From Macrostomum hystrix (lineage: Eukaryota; Animalia; Platyhelminthes), in assembly GCA_950097015.1 (NCBI GenBank), contig CATNEN010000010.1:2790001-2854000 (forward strand): a stretch of DNA of 64,000 nucleotides, read 5' to 3'. Shown one piece after another: positions 1 through 12,204 of the stretch. Every line of letters begins with the position of its first letter. Within the stretch, counting starts at the first letter, position 1. The notes beneath the pieces are model-generated. The model made no database searches. It was not told where the DNA came from and saw nothing but the letters and a program-made list of their open reading frames with translations. The translations under genes and the position numbers were made by a program.

Positions 1-57
1 AGGCAACCCCAAGTAGCTAATCTTGAGTATTCGATCCGCTCATTAAAACGCGCTCAC

Positions 58-134
58 CCTACAACCACGCAGGAGATTGTGGTGCCGATGAAAGCCAGAG
101 TGAGAATGGCGCCAATATTGCGAAAGAAGTGCTT
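58..134 (-). CDS. NHE6/7/9-like exon 3 (gene continues beyond the window's left edge)
   Basis: ttttttgttcacag acceptor; encodes KHFFRNIGAILTLAFIGTTISCVVVG; GTGAG donor at 57; joins exon 2 in phase 0. Confidence 0.9.
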
Positions 135-219
135 CTGTGAACAAAAAAGTGAGACAAAAAGTTTGTTTATTAATTGGAACAACCAATAATACGATTTGTC
201 ACTTGAAGAAGCCACTCAC

Positions 220-524
220 CCGCTTCATACTGTAGCCAGCGCAGAAGATGATTGGCGGCAAAATGATGTTGAAAAATACCTCAGGATTAAACGTCGCCTT
301 CTCGTCCAGAATTGGGGCTCTTATTTCGTTGCCATAGAGACGCCGCTTGTAATCATATTCGTACACCCGGGTCTGGTTGGTGTCGCCGATCTCCAGCAGG
401 GTCACCAGCACCTTCTCCGGCGGCAGAGCTGCGCTGTCCGGCAGGGAGCCGGTGGTGTTGAATCGACGCACGGTGAACTCGCTGGCCTGGGAGCAGTAGC
501 GAATAATGGCGCCCACAAGCAGGC
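220..524 (-). CDS. NHE6/7/9-like exon 2
   Basis: AG acceptor at 526-525 gives in-frame G|LLVGAIIRY...[27 protein letters not shown]; GTGAGT donor at 219. Confidence 0.9.
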
Positions 525-534
525 CTTCAGGTGC

Positions 535-672
535 AGGTGGTGAAGGGTGGGTTCACAGTGATAGCGGGTGGTGAAGGGTGGGTTCACGGTGATAGCGGGT
601 GGTGAAGGGTGGGTTCACGGTGATAGCGGGTGGTAAAGAGTGGGTTCACGGTGATAGCGGGTGGTGAAGGGT
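535..672. repeat. 31-bp intronic minisatellite (about 4 copies) abutting the NHE exon 2 acceptor
   Basis: Unit GGGTGGTGAAGGGTGGGTTCACGGTGATAGC read directly; period 31 (541 to 572). Confidence 0.9.
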
Positions 673-2139
673 TGGTCCAGAGTACTTGGAGCCTCCACCA
701 AAGCTCCCCACAGCACCAAGTCTTGTGGTGAAATGTGGGTTTACAGTTTAAGATGGTGTGAGCAGTAATGATTGTTAGAATGGCCAGAACATGGACATGG
801 CCAGAATGGAAAAACTTTAAAAATTGTTTATTTTTTTTCACATGTTAGCAAACTATATTTATTAGTGCTTTTACCTAAATCTAAAGTGCAACAATAATGC
901 TAAAGAACTCTTTAAAAGCTACTTTCGCAAGAAAATTAGACATTTAGAAATGAACACATCATTTTAGAAGCACTTTTTTGAAAATCATAGAGACTGAAGA
1001 AAAGAGACTGAAGAAGATCATTCATTTAAGAATTATTACAAAATAGCAGCAATCACATGTAAAGGCAATAATGTGACTTTCTATAAAAATACACAATGCA
1101 AAATGTAATAAAAAAGCAGATGAATAAATACTTAATTTTATTAACTTGGACCTAATTAACACCTAACTGTCATCTTCAAAATTCAATTGAAAATTTGAAA
1201 GTGATATCTTAGCTATAAAAACCATTCCATAAATAAAGTTTGTTGGTGATTATTATACTAATGTGCATTTACAATTACTAAAGAGTGTGTTTTTATTTAT
1301 TAGTACAAAATGCCATAATTTACACCTGTTTACATCTGATTCATGACAAATAAAATGTAAAATACTATTAAATACTTGTGTGACAATGGCAAATGCTTTT
1401 TCCCTGTGCTACACCTTTACTAAAATATAAAGCTTATAATCAATAAAATAAAATATGCCTTTGAATTCTTACAAATCAGAGGCGATATAAAGCCATAATA
1501 GAACTCCTTGATAAAAGAACTCACTTGCATAACTCAAAAGATATAAATATGCAAGCCTTATAAATTTATCCCTTTGAACTACACATTTTATTTAGTTAAC
1601 TACACTTGTAGACATACAAAAGGGTGACTATTTCTCAAATTATAGTACTACTTAACTCTTCTTCACCTCAGGAGTAGTGTCTATGGCTTTATATTTCGGC
1701 TTTAGATTTGGAAGCTGATTGAGCATTCTAGTGTATTCTGTGGTAAGAACTATTTCCTCAGAACAAAGTCGTAAAACAAAAATCAACAATAAACATAAAA
1801 TAACTATATGGTGCTTATAAACTATTATAATATTTCTTGGAATATAAATAAAGACAAGAGCATGTTGGTTTGCATTATTTTTTAATTTAACTATGATGCA
1901 GCATCCAAAAGCAAAACATTATAACCAGAGTTGAGAATATATAGCTTGAGTTAGATAAAAAGTTTAAAGTCAGTTAAGCTATGTGAATATTAAAGCACAA
2001 TAAAATGTTGTCTTAACTTTTGACAATTAAAAAATATAGTCTTTTTACAAAATATATAAACATTGGTTTGATAGGGAAAATAAAACATAAACATGAGACA
2101 AACAGTGACATAAACTCAGCGTCAGCATCATAAGCTTAC

Positions 2140-2332
2140 CATATATAACCGCCAAACCAGTTTCATGGATAAATCTAAATCTGCGATGTTTGAACAGCCA
2201 AACAGTAAGTAGTGTTAAGACTAAAAGACCTAAATACAGTAACAGTGTAAGACTATCCGAGACATGATTATTTTCTACTCTACTTTCCTGACTGCGTTCG
2301 ACGCTTTTGTCTATTTTTTGATCATCGGACAT
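2140..2332 (-). CDS. Endosomal Na+/H+ exchanger (NHE6/7/9-like), coding exon 1
   Basis: ATG at 2332; encodes [39 protein letters not shown], typical of the SLC9A6/7/9 N-terminus; GTAAGC donor at 2139 (phase 1). Confidence 0.9.
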
Positions 2333-3593
2333 AAGTGCTTAATGACAGTGAACCGTCTATTTCTGATAGAAAACTTATGCCTACTTATTGTACTCTTAAT
2401 AAAGGTTCTTAATCACTTTTGTGTAATTGTAATTGAAATCAGTTTCGACGAGTTTCGTTTTAATTCTTTTCCAATAAAATGTAATTTTGAATGAAGTCAA
2501 CGTCAACGGCACAATGTAGTATAACAATTATACTCATAATTCGTATTTTTTGACCTAATGTTTTCAAGAACTACCCATAAACATTCGTCCGCACATCAAA
2601 AACTAACCTTTGTGCAATTTCAGCATTTTCTGAATGTCATGTAAACCATAATATGTCAAGTCAAAAAATCTGCTAATAATTTTACAAATCTACGTAGCTA
2701 GATGGAAAAAAATTAGGACTTATGAGCGATTATTTCATCATCATGTTGATTTATTTTCTTTTTTATTCGAAATTTTGTTTCGCATCATCGCAGGAGTCTA
2801 GCTATATACTTATAGCTATGATACTACAAGGCTAAGATACTTGCAATTGTGTATGACGAATTCAGTTAAGGCGTGACAATTTAGACAATTCGATTCCCAT
2901 CTACGCGCTCCAATGAAAATCTAAAAAGTACTCTGTTTTCCTCCTCCAGTACGAAAACGCGCCTGCTAGGACATTTTGGGATTTGTCGAGAACTATTTTC
3001 AAATATGAAATTTTCGATGCTATAAAAGTCCTTGCACTGATATCAAATAGTCTAACCCTCTCCTGCCCTCAGTAAACCAATCTTACCCTCTCCGATCCTC
3101 TCATGCTTAGGCTGATTCTCAAAGCATGGCTTGACCCTGAATGACTCAGAAATCCTCATGTGCCTTAACTTAGACTCGAATTGACACATTAGCTTTCACC
3201 TTTGAGAAAAACCTAGACCCTTAAAGAATTACCTAATCATCTCCTCTCTTTAACTAAACTATACCTCTCATTGCCTGATCATTGATTGAAAAGGACTCGT
3301 GAGTATGAAGTAAACACCTTGGTCGGGAAAGACTTTTTTCTCTCAACATCCCTTCAAAGGTTAACATCTTTCTGATTGCTTATATTTTGAACATCCAAAA
3401 AACGCTAAATAAATTGAAATTGTGTAGACACTAGGAAAAGCAAAGTCGATTCTTCGCTTCCTCAACTTTTAGAAGTGAGAACAGTCTGGAGTCTTGTCAC
3501 TGATCTGAGAGACTACTTAGAGTAGTACAATTTGAACTGACAGAATTCAAGACAGACAGACGACAACAACGCATTTCAAACGTTTCACTGGTT

Positions 3594-3656
3594 TCGCTGA
3601 CTGGAGTCGAACCCCGGCCTTCCACTTGACAGGCGGAGATATACTGACCACTATGC
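3594..3656 (-). pseudogene. tRNA-Asp(GTC)-derived sequence (tRNA pseudogene or SINE head)
   Basis: Reverse complement ATAGTGGTCAGTATATCTCCGC-CTGTCAA-GTGGAAGGCCGGGGTTCGACTCC resembles eukaryotic tRNA-Asp with A box, anticodon stem-loop and B box; the acceptor stem and T stem do not pair properly. Confidence 0.65.
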
Positions 3657-3994
3657 GTGTCGTAATCGTTGTCGTATAAGTATTTGTACCAGTATCGCTT
3701 ATCCTACAAGTTCTCATTATTTAAGCCTTCTCACCCGGTAAATTAAGTGGGTGTGTAAGCCAATAATATCAGCACCAGACGCTATCGAGTGTAGGTGCCT
3801 GTTTGTCCTTCTACATTCCAAGCGGCCCAAGTCTGCAGCCGTGCATTGCTACTGCTGTCAGGAGTTAGACAGTACATTGGACATTTATACACAATTTCGC
3901 AATATTGTGATGTTTGCCCACCGAAATTTGCACAGAAACCCAACCATTATTGGCAAAATCTCGAAGCTTTCCTAAATCTTTTCCGAAACATGTA

Positions 3995-5612
3995 CTTCAG
4001 TTATGCACAGCCTAATAACTTTTGCATACAGGATGCTTCAGTTATGCACAGCCTAGTAACTTTTGCATACAGGATGCTTCAGTTATGCACAGCCTAGTAA
4101 CTTTTGCATACAGGATGCTTCAGTTATGCACAGCCTAATAACTTTTGCATACAGGATGCTTCAGTTATGCACAGCCTAGTAACTTTTGCATACAGGATGC
4201 TTCAGTTATGCACAGCCTAACAACTTTTGCATACAGGATGCTTCAGTTATGCACAGCCTAACAACTTTTGCATACAGGATGCTTCAGTTATGCACAGCCT
4301 AGTAACTTTTGCATACAGGATGCTTCAGTTATGCACAGCCTAATAACTTTTGCATACAGGATGCTTCAGTTATGCACAGCCTAGTAACTTTTGCATACAG
4401 GATGCTTCAGTTATGCACAGCCTAGTAACTTTTGCATACAGGATGCTTCAGTTATGCACAGCCTAATAACTTTTGCATACAGGATGCTTCAGTTATGCAC
4501 AGCCTAGTAACTTTTGCATACAGGATGCTTCAGTTATGCACAGCCTAACAACTTTTGCATACAGGATGCTTCAGTTATGCACAGCCTAATAACTTTTGCA
4601 TACAGGATGCTTCAGTTATGCACAGCCTAATAACTTTTGCATACAGGATGCTTCAGTTATGCACAGCCTAATAACTTTTGCATACAGGATGCTTCAGTTA
4701 TGCACAGCCTAATAACTTTTGCATACAGGATGCTTCAGTTATGCACAGCCTAATAACTTTTGCATACAGGATGCTTCAGTTATGCACAGCCTAATAACTT
4801 TTGCATACAGGATGCTTCAGTTATGCACAGCCTAACAACTTTTGCATACAGGATGCTTCAGTTATGCACAGCCTAGTAACTTTTGCATACAGGATGCTTC
4901 AGTTATGCACAGCCTAGTAACTTTTGCATACAGGATGCTTCAGTTATGCACAGCCTAATAACTTTTGCATACAGGATGCTTCAGTTATGCACAGCCTAAT
5001 AACTTTTGCATACAGGATGCTTCAGTTATGCACAGCCTAGTAACTTTTGCATACAGGATGCTTCAGTTATGCACAGCCTAGTAACTTTTGCATACAGGAT
5101 GCTTCAGTTATGCACAGCCTAATAACTTTTGCATACAGGATGCTTCAGTTATGCACAGCCTAGTAACTTTTGCATACAGGATGCTTCAGTTATGCACAGC
5201 CTAACAACTTTGCATACAGGATGCTTCAGTTACGCACAGCCTAATAACTTTTGCATACAGGATGCTTCAGTTATGCACAGCCTAATAACTTTTGCATACA
5301 GGATGCTTCAGTTATGCACAGCCTAACAACTTTTGCATACAGGATGCTTCAGTTATGCACAGCCTAATAACTTTTGCATACAGGATGCTTCAGTTATGCA
5401 CAGCCTAACAACTTTTGCATACAGGATGCTTCAGTTATGCACAGCCTAATAACTTTTGCATACAGGATGCTTCAGTTATGCACAGCCTAATAACTTTTGC
5501 ATACAGGATGCTTCAGTTATGCACAGCCTAATAACTTTTGCATACAGGATGCTTCAGTTATGCACAGCCTAGTAACTTTTGCATACAGGATGCTTCAGTT
5601 ATGCACAGCCTA
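3995..5612. repeat. 41-bp tandem minisatellite, about 39 copies
   Basis: Unit CTTCAGTTATGCACAGCCTA(AT/GT/AC)AACTTTTGCATACAGGATG; period 41 (3995 to 4036). Confidence 0.95.
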
Positions 5613-6196
5613 GCGATGAGTGCAAGCAGGGACGGAATTAACAGCAGGCTAGTCAATGAAAGCGGAAACTTCAACAGCTGCTCAGTATAGTGAAGACAAC
5701 TGCAGCGGCAGTGCCGGCAGCAGCGACCGGAGCATCGACACTGACTGCATTCGTGCCTGTTTGGGACGAGAACGAACTGCTCAGCACCTTCAGTCAATTA
5801 CTCTTAGCCCCACAATACCTACTTCGTCCCGATTGTTTTTTAGTTCACAGTCCATTGTCCCTTAGTCCAGTCTCTTTCTCCCAAGTCCCCAGTCCATGAT
5901 ATTGTACAACTATTTTTCGTCAACCAGTATTTGTTTTATAAAAAAACATTTTTTATAAGTATAAAATGTATAATAATTTTATTCGAAAATTAAAAAACTA
6001 TGAACAGTCAAACAGTGCTACTGCTTGACTGCTTGACAATAGAAGTAGCATGATTGGGGTGTGACACAATTGAAAGTATTCCCAGTTTATGAATTAATGT
6101 GCTACTACTTGTACAGTTACAGATAAAAAACTACGCACTGAGTTCATGAAGTTAAAGTGCAGTTTAAAATACAATTAAGTATTATATCATGGATGT

Positions 6197-7800
6197 TTAA
6201 TGCGCATTCTAGGGTTAGAAAGTCCGAGGCTGCATTTGATGGTCACGAGGCGAGCGAAGCGAGCCGAGGACCATTCAGTGTGGCCGAGGACTTTTTACCA
6301 TAGAATGCGCATTAAACTACATACCGTGATCTTATATGAAATCTGAATTGCTTATTTTCCTCTTGAGCCCCGCCGAATGCGGTGCAGCCATCGGGAGTGT
6401 CGGGGCAAAGCCCCCACATGGAACCATAGACGAATTCGCGAAACGCCAAAAACAAGAACAGCAGATGACCGAAAGTTCACGCTATTGAAGGAATAAAAGT
6501 AGATTGTCACTCCCATGTGATGGTTACACAGTTCTCCTCTCCGTTCGCCACAATCTTCATCTTCTTCGCAGGACGATGGTCTTCAGTTGCAAATAAGGCA
6601 GTAATGCCCCCTGTGGCAGTAGCAGCAGATGGGGCCGTAGCATGGGTTGGTAGATTGGTCAGTGTGGTAGTGGTACCCCCTGAATGGCCTGTGTGCAACG
6701 CGTCTGAGATGCGCAGATGGTCAGTACTGTCAAGGAAATGTATATCGCTCTATATCACTGCTTGAATGGCCCGTGACCCTAGCAATGTCAGCCCGTTCGA
6801 AACCAGCCTTTCGTAATTCAGTTGCGCAGGTCTTCCTTAATGATTGATTCGTAAAACGCATGCCATTGCCATTGCCAGTACTAGTTAGCTCCTTAACAAT
6901 GTTGTCAAGAGTGTGGCGGCCAAGAGGTACGTTCTGATACCATTTTCCGGCAGCAATGCTTGTCTCCTTGAGATAGTAGCTCAGGAACAAGCTGCTAACA
7001 TGGCAGTTCTCGGGGCGCTTCTCATTGTACTTCATGTAAATACAAACAAGACAGCGCTCGTGTCCAGGTGTATGGAACGCACGCATTTCACGAGGAGGAG
7101 TAGGTTTGGCCTTCAAGCCACGATTGTTGGTTTTATTAGCTCTCTGCTTTGTGAAGAGTAAATGTGAGAGATACAATTCAGACTACTGACAACAGTAGAA
7201 AAGCAAAGACTTGGCTGCAAAACTCTCACATAACACTAAAAAGTATCGCCATAAAAATGGCAAGCTTAAAAGAGACTTCTGTGCACACTAAGAGTGGTGG
7301 GAGAGGACGGCGTGTGGCTATGGCTGACTGACGAAGGCAAACAAGCCAGAAACCGGTCTCGGTCTGCCAGCGCGAGGTTCGTTCCCCACTTGCAGAAGCC
7401 GTTTCAGCCCTAATAATAACAGGCCCAATCGAATCTGTTGGTTCTGATACCCCAGTTGTTGTTCTATTAGCTGGTTCGAACAACTCATCTAACCAGTCCA
7501 ACGCTCCAGGTTGACCCAACGGATCCATGTCACTGACGGATTACTGACACTGGATGAAAAACTATTTCAAAAAGCTTTGTTTCACGAGGCCAGTGTGGTA
7601 GTCGTACCATGCACGAGGCGCAAGTCTATACATAAAAGGTATATCATAAAAGGTGTTTAAAGTGTTTTAATAGGTTAAATAACGTATTACCCTCTAATTT
7701 TGTGTTCTATGGTAGAAAGTCCTCGGACGCTATTCTCGGACGTGACTCGAGGCGAAGCCTCGGCCTGATAAACGCATCCTCGGACTTTCGTGTTATTCCT
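6197..7800 (-). mobile_element. Decayed Crypton-type (DUF3504-like tyrosine recombinase) DNA transposon
   Basis: ORF 6730-7176 has RCLVCIY...KWYQNVPLGRHTL...TNQSLRKTCAT...IARVTGH...IERY, the YR catalytic core as in CryptonA/ZMYM/KCTD1 domains. Upstream LADRDRFLAC...SPTTLSVHRSL and a frameshifted C-terminal tail are present. Related imperfect hairpins lie at both ends. Confidence 0.8.
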
Positions 7801-9524
7801 ATAATTCCTGTTATTTTTGTTGCATTTAAATACGTTTATTAGTTCTGTTTAGTCTATGGTTCAGACTGCTTTCATTTCGGGACCATCAAATGATTTGATG
7901 GTCCTGGAGTTATAGCACTTTCAACCATGGACTAGGCGTTCCTGGCAAAGAATGAGCCCAATAACTGTCAATAAAATAAGCAGTCGGATTTCATATATTA
8001 CGAGCTAGATCCAGAAGTTTATATTCTTTCATATACACTAAATTAAATTTATTCTTAAAATTTCTTTTTGTACTTTTACTAGAGTTTTTACTAAAGTACA
8101 CCTTCTCTATGGCCAAACTTGTACTCGAGCACTTGTACTGTATGTTTTCTCTTTACTAATTATGTAGAAATTTAGACAAGCCATTCATAAAAATCTCCCA
8201 AATGTTTTCAAGCTGTACTTTATGGCTAAGATCCTTCTTAATCTCGCAGCAAATGCATGTAGAAAATTAAATTATGGATATTAGGAGTCAAAGGCTTTCC
8301 TCTGCATGCTTCCAATCATGTTTAAACAGGAAATTAACAGCGAAGTTCCCAATTAGGAATTAAATTAAAACAAAAAGCAAACACGCGCTGAATAGGATTT
8401 TATGCATTTTTAGCTGTCAATTTCCATTCAGACAATGCGGGGTCAAAAGGTGAGGAAAGAGTCTGCAGCATCGCATTGTTTAATCAGCGAATAAAAAGCT
8501 TAGATTGCATCGAACAATTTTACAATATCATGTTTTCTCCGAGAAGCCTTTCAAACCCAATTAGGAGCAACTGCCGCGTGACTGGAAGCAGAGAGCTGCG
8601 TGGGGACGGAGCCACAATGCGACACGCTAGAGTGACAGGCCCAGAGAGCGGCAGATCAATACACTCGATTGCCAAACAGCTCGCACTGACTTACTATTTT
8701 GCGCTATACCAATATTTCCACCTGAAATGCTGTGAAATCCCTACTAAATTCGGGTCAGGAACTGGCGACCTCCGCAGCTAGAGAAATCCCAAAAAATGAT
8801 TTCAATAATAGATCCTCAAGCTGGACTATGCAGATCCGCGAGGCGTGTCTGATCCCAAAGATCCCCCGCTGGCGGTGCCACAATATTCCCAAAATAGATC
8901 CCACAGCGGCAGGTGCAGCTGAAAATTGCGCAGGTCCTGGCAGACTCCCCATCTTCTGTCCAGTGCAGTCAGTTCGTGTTCCACCCAGTCCCAGCTTTGA
9001 CACAATGGCGGAGTCAATAACGGAGCCGCAAACGGCGGACATGACAATTTCGATTTCCCAGGCCTCCATATATTTTGTCATCCAAGACTTTTTCATCAGC
9101 CCCAGCGCCTTCTTGTCCCTCCCCTCTGGCGTGACTGTTGGCCTTGTTTTTTGCAGTCTGCGGAGGCCCGCGCGGGGGTGGCTGCGGGGTCGAGAAAGCA
9201 GACGCTGCATAGCCCGGGAAGACGAGAAGACAAGAAGAAGCAAGACGCAATGGCTTGTATTGTTGCACCTGTCATCATCAAGCAAAGTGGAAGGCGGAGA
9301 GACAAGGCAGCGAGTGAGGGAATGGGAGGCCGGTCTGATGTAGCATCGGAAATAACATGTGGGAACAGAATCCCAAGAACACGACTTTCACTGCAGACCC
9401 ATTATTTGTCTCGAGTGCTTCGATTTGTATGCAGCGAGGCAGTAAATGCAGAGGCCGAAATCATTTTGACTTCCGTGCGACCGTCTGAATTGGGTCTGTG
9501 CAGAGCAGGACTGCTGACATGCCA

Positions 9525-10144
9525 GTCTGAGCTGTGACTCCATGAGATGTGAGCAGTCTGAGCTGTGACTCCATGAGATGTGAGCAGTCTGAGCTGTGAC
9601 TCCATGAGATGTGAGCAGTCTGAGCAGTGACTCCATGAGATGTGAGCAGTCTGAGCTGTGACTCCATGAGATGTGAGCAGTCTGAGCTGTGACTCCATGA
9701 GATGTGAGCAGTCTGAGCTGTGACTCCATGAGATGTGAGCAGTCTGAGCAGTGACTCCATGAGATGTGAGCAGTCTGAGCAGTGACTCCATGATGAGATG
9801 TGAGCAGTCTGAGCTGTGACTCCATGATGAGATGTGAGCAGTCTGAGCAGTGACTCCATGAGATGTGAGCAGTCTGAGCTGTGACTCCAATGAGATGTGA
9901 GCAGTCTGAGCTGTGACTCCATGAGATGTGAGCAGTCTGAGCTGTGACTCCATGATGAGATGCGAGCAGTCTGAGCTGTGTTTCCATGAGATGTGAGCAG
10001 TCTGTGCTGTGACTCCATGAGATGTGAGCAGTCTGAGCTGTGACTCCATGAGATGTGAGCAGTCTGTGCTGTGACTCCATGAGATGTGAGCAGTCTGAGC
10101 TGTGACTCCATGATGAGATGTGAGCAGTCTGAGCTGTGACTCCA
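9525..10144. repeat. 31-bp minisatellite, left arm (about 20 copies)
   Basis: Unit GAGCAGTCTGAGCTGTGACTCCATGAGATGT; translation repeats every 31 aa. Confidence 0.95.
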
Positions 10145-10519
10145 TAATCTCACATCCTTGAATTCCTGCCTGTCTAATCAGCCAGTCAGCCAGTTTTTCT
10201 TTGCCTATTTGAATTCGTGCCTGCGAATCGCATTGAAAATAAACAAAAGCTGTAGGAGTGGCTTCATTGGGTCCCCTGCATTCCTGGAAAGACCACAATG
10301 TCCACTTAGCAGCCGCTGTCCATCGGTTTGGCACACCAAAGTTGTTTATTTCCCGGTGACGGATCCGACCACATGACTGTCACCGGCGTCATAAGCAGCT
10401 GCAGGTGAAGAGACTGCTGCCACAGCAACTGCAGGGGACTCAGCTTGCAACTCTCTGCTGTTGCATCCGCGTCTTCAGATTGACTGCAGTCAGCAGTCGA
10501 AGGCTAATTGGGTAAAGGC

Positions 10520-11283
10520 CGGATTTTGAGTGGTAGAGGAGCGGATTCTCAGTGGTAGAGGAGCGGATTCTCTGTAGTAGAGGAGCGGATGCTCGGTGGT
10601 AGAGGAGCGGATTCTCAGTGGTATAGAAGCGGATTCTCAGTGGTTGAGGAGCGGATTCTCAGTGGTAGAGGAGCGGATTCTCAGTGGTATAGAAGCGGAT
10701 TCTCAGTGGTTGAGGAGCGGATTCTCAGTGGTAGAGGAGCGGATTCTCAGTGGTAGAGGAGCGGATTCTCAGTGGTAGAGGAGCGGATTCTCAGTGGTAG
10801 AGGAGCGGATTCTCAGTGGTTGAGGAGCGGATTCTCAGTGGTAGAGGAGCGGATTCTCAGTGGTAGAGGAGCGGATTCTCTGTAGTAGAGGAGCGGATGC
10901 TCTGTGGTATAGAAGCGGATTCTCAGTGGTAGAGGAGCGGATGCTCTGTGGTATAGAAGCGGATTCTCAGTGGTAGAGGAGCGGATTCTCTGTAGTAGAG
11001 GAGCGGATTCTCAGTGGTTGAGGAGCGGATTCTCAGTGGTAGAGGAGCGGATGCTCTGTGGTATAGAAGCGGATTCTCAGTGGTAGAGGAGCGGATTCTC
11101 AGTGGTAGAGGAGCGGATGCTCTGTGGTATAGAAGCGGATTCTCAGTGGTTGAGGAGCGGATTCTCAGTGGTAGAGGAGCGGATTCTCAGTGGTATAGAA
11201 GCGGATTCTCAGTGGTAGAGGAGCGGATGCTCTGTGGTATAGAAGCGGATTCTCAGTGGTAGAGGAGCGGATTTTCAGTTGTC
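10520..11283. repeat. 22-bp minisatellite, left arm
   Basis: Unit GAGGAGCGGATTCTCAGTGGTA with variants. Confidence 0.95.
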
Positions 11284-12204
11284 GAGGGCGGATTCTGAGA
11301 TCTCAATCTCAGATGAGAATGTTAAGCAGCGATTATCATATTTGATACGTAAGTAAGTCGAGCGTAAGTCGTGATTTTTTCAGTTTACTTGGCAGCAAAG
11401 AAGTGGGACAGTTAAATATTTATTGCCCAATGGTTGCTATATATCTTATAGCACATTTATAAAGCTTCAGTCAAATATTAGTTTATAAAGCATTTAGTTA
11501 GGGAGCAGTTTCAGTGAATGGGGGCTGATTCTGAATTGTAGGGGCCGATTCTGAATGCAGTACAGACCTTATACTTCCCATGAAATCGCAGCTTCTACTA
11601 AGCCTTGGGGTTCGGAAACTTTGATAGAGTGAGTTAAGATAAGTTATGCTGGTCTTTGTACAGAATGCATCGATGGCATCTCGCTGCACCTGTCACTATC
11701 TAGCAATGTGACAAAGTGGAGGATTTGGTTTTTCAAAGGCGCATAGGGATTGATTTAATTCGATTTACTTCTTTGTGTAAGAAAGAAGCACTTTACACAG
11801 CTTTTCAAGTGCCTTGAAGTGGATCCGGACAGCAAAGCAGTTTTGTGCGGATTGAAAGTGCGAACTCTTGCTGTTTCTATTTTTAGATTTGTCAAAGTAC
11901 GAGTATTTTGTGCATTTCATCTGACAGTCGGTGACACATTTTTATGGTAAGATGCTGCATGATGATCTGTCCGCACAGGTGTTAGCGGGAAAAATCTAAT
12001 TTTTTGCGACTTTTCAAATAGTTTTTTAGATTAAAAATCGAAGTAATAGAAAATGATTAAAGCTACTCAATTAAATCGGCTAAATATAACTTGCAGAAAT
12101 TGTCTATTTACTACTTACGATTTCCATGTCAGTAGTATCGACTCCAATTTTTAAGGACTGATTCATTGATCTGAAAATATTCGTTTGAAGGTAAGAATGA
12201 GACA

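Larger units (their letters stand above)
8803..11283. repeat. Inverted repeat 1, left near-identical arm
   Basis: Reverse complement of 14893-17731; modules are about 720 bp unique, a 31-bp array, about 375 bp unique and a 22-bp array. Confidence 0.95.

Noticed and set aside
3995-5612. CRISPR-like array
   Set aside because: Units are contiguous with no unique spacers, and the context is eukaryotic.
8732-9343. 160-200-aa ORFs on both strands of the palindrome's unique module
   Set aside because: No recognisable domain, several overlapping open frames in GC-rich DNA, and arm differences favour no frame clearly.
9388-10334. 230-310-aa ORFs over the 31-bp array (and mirror ORFs at 16093-17132)
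   Set aside because: The 31-aa periodic translation of a non-triplet unit is a repeat artefact.
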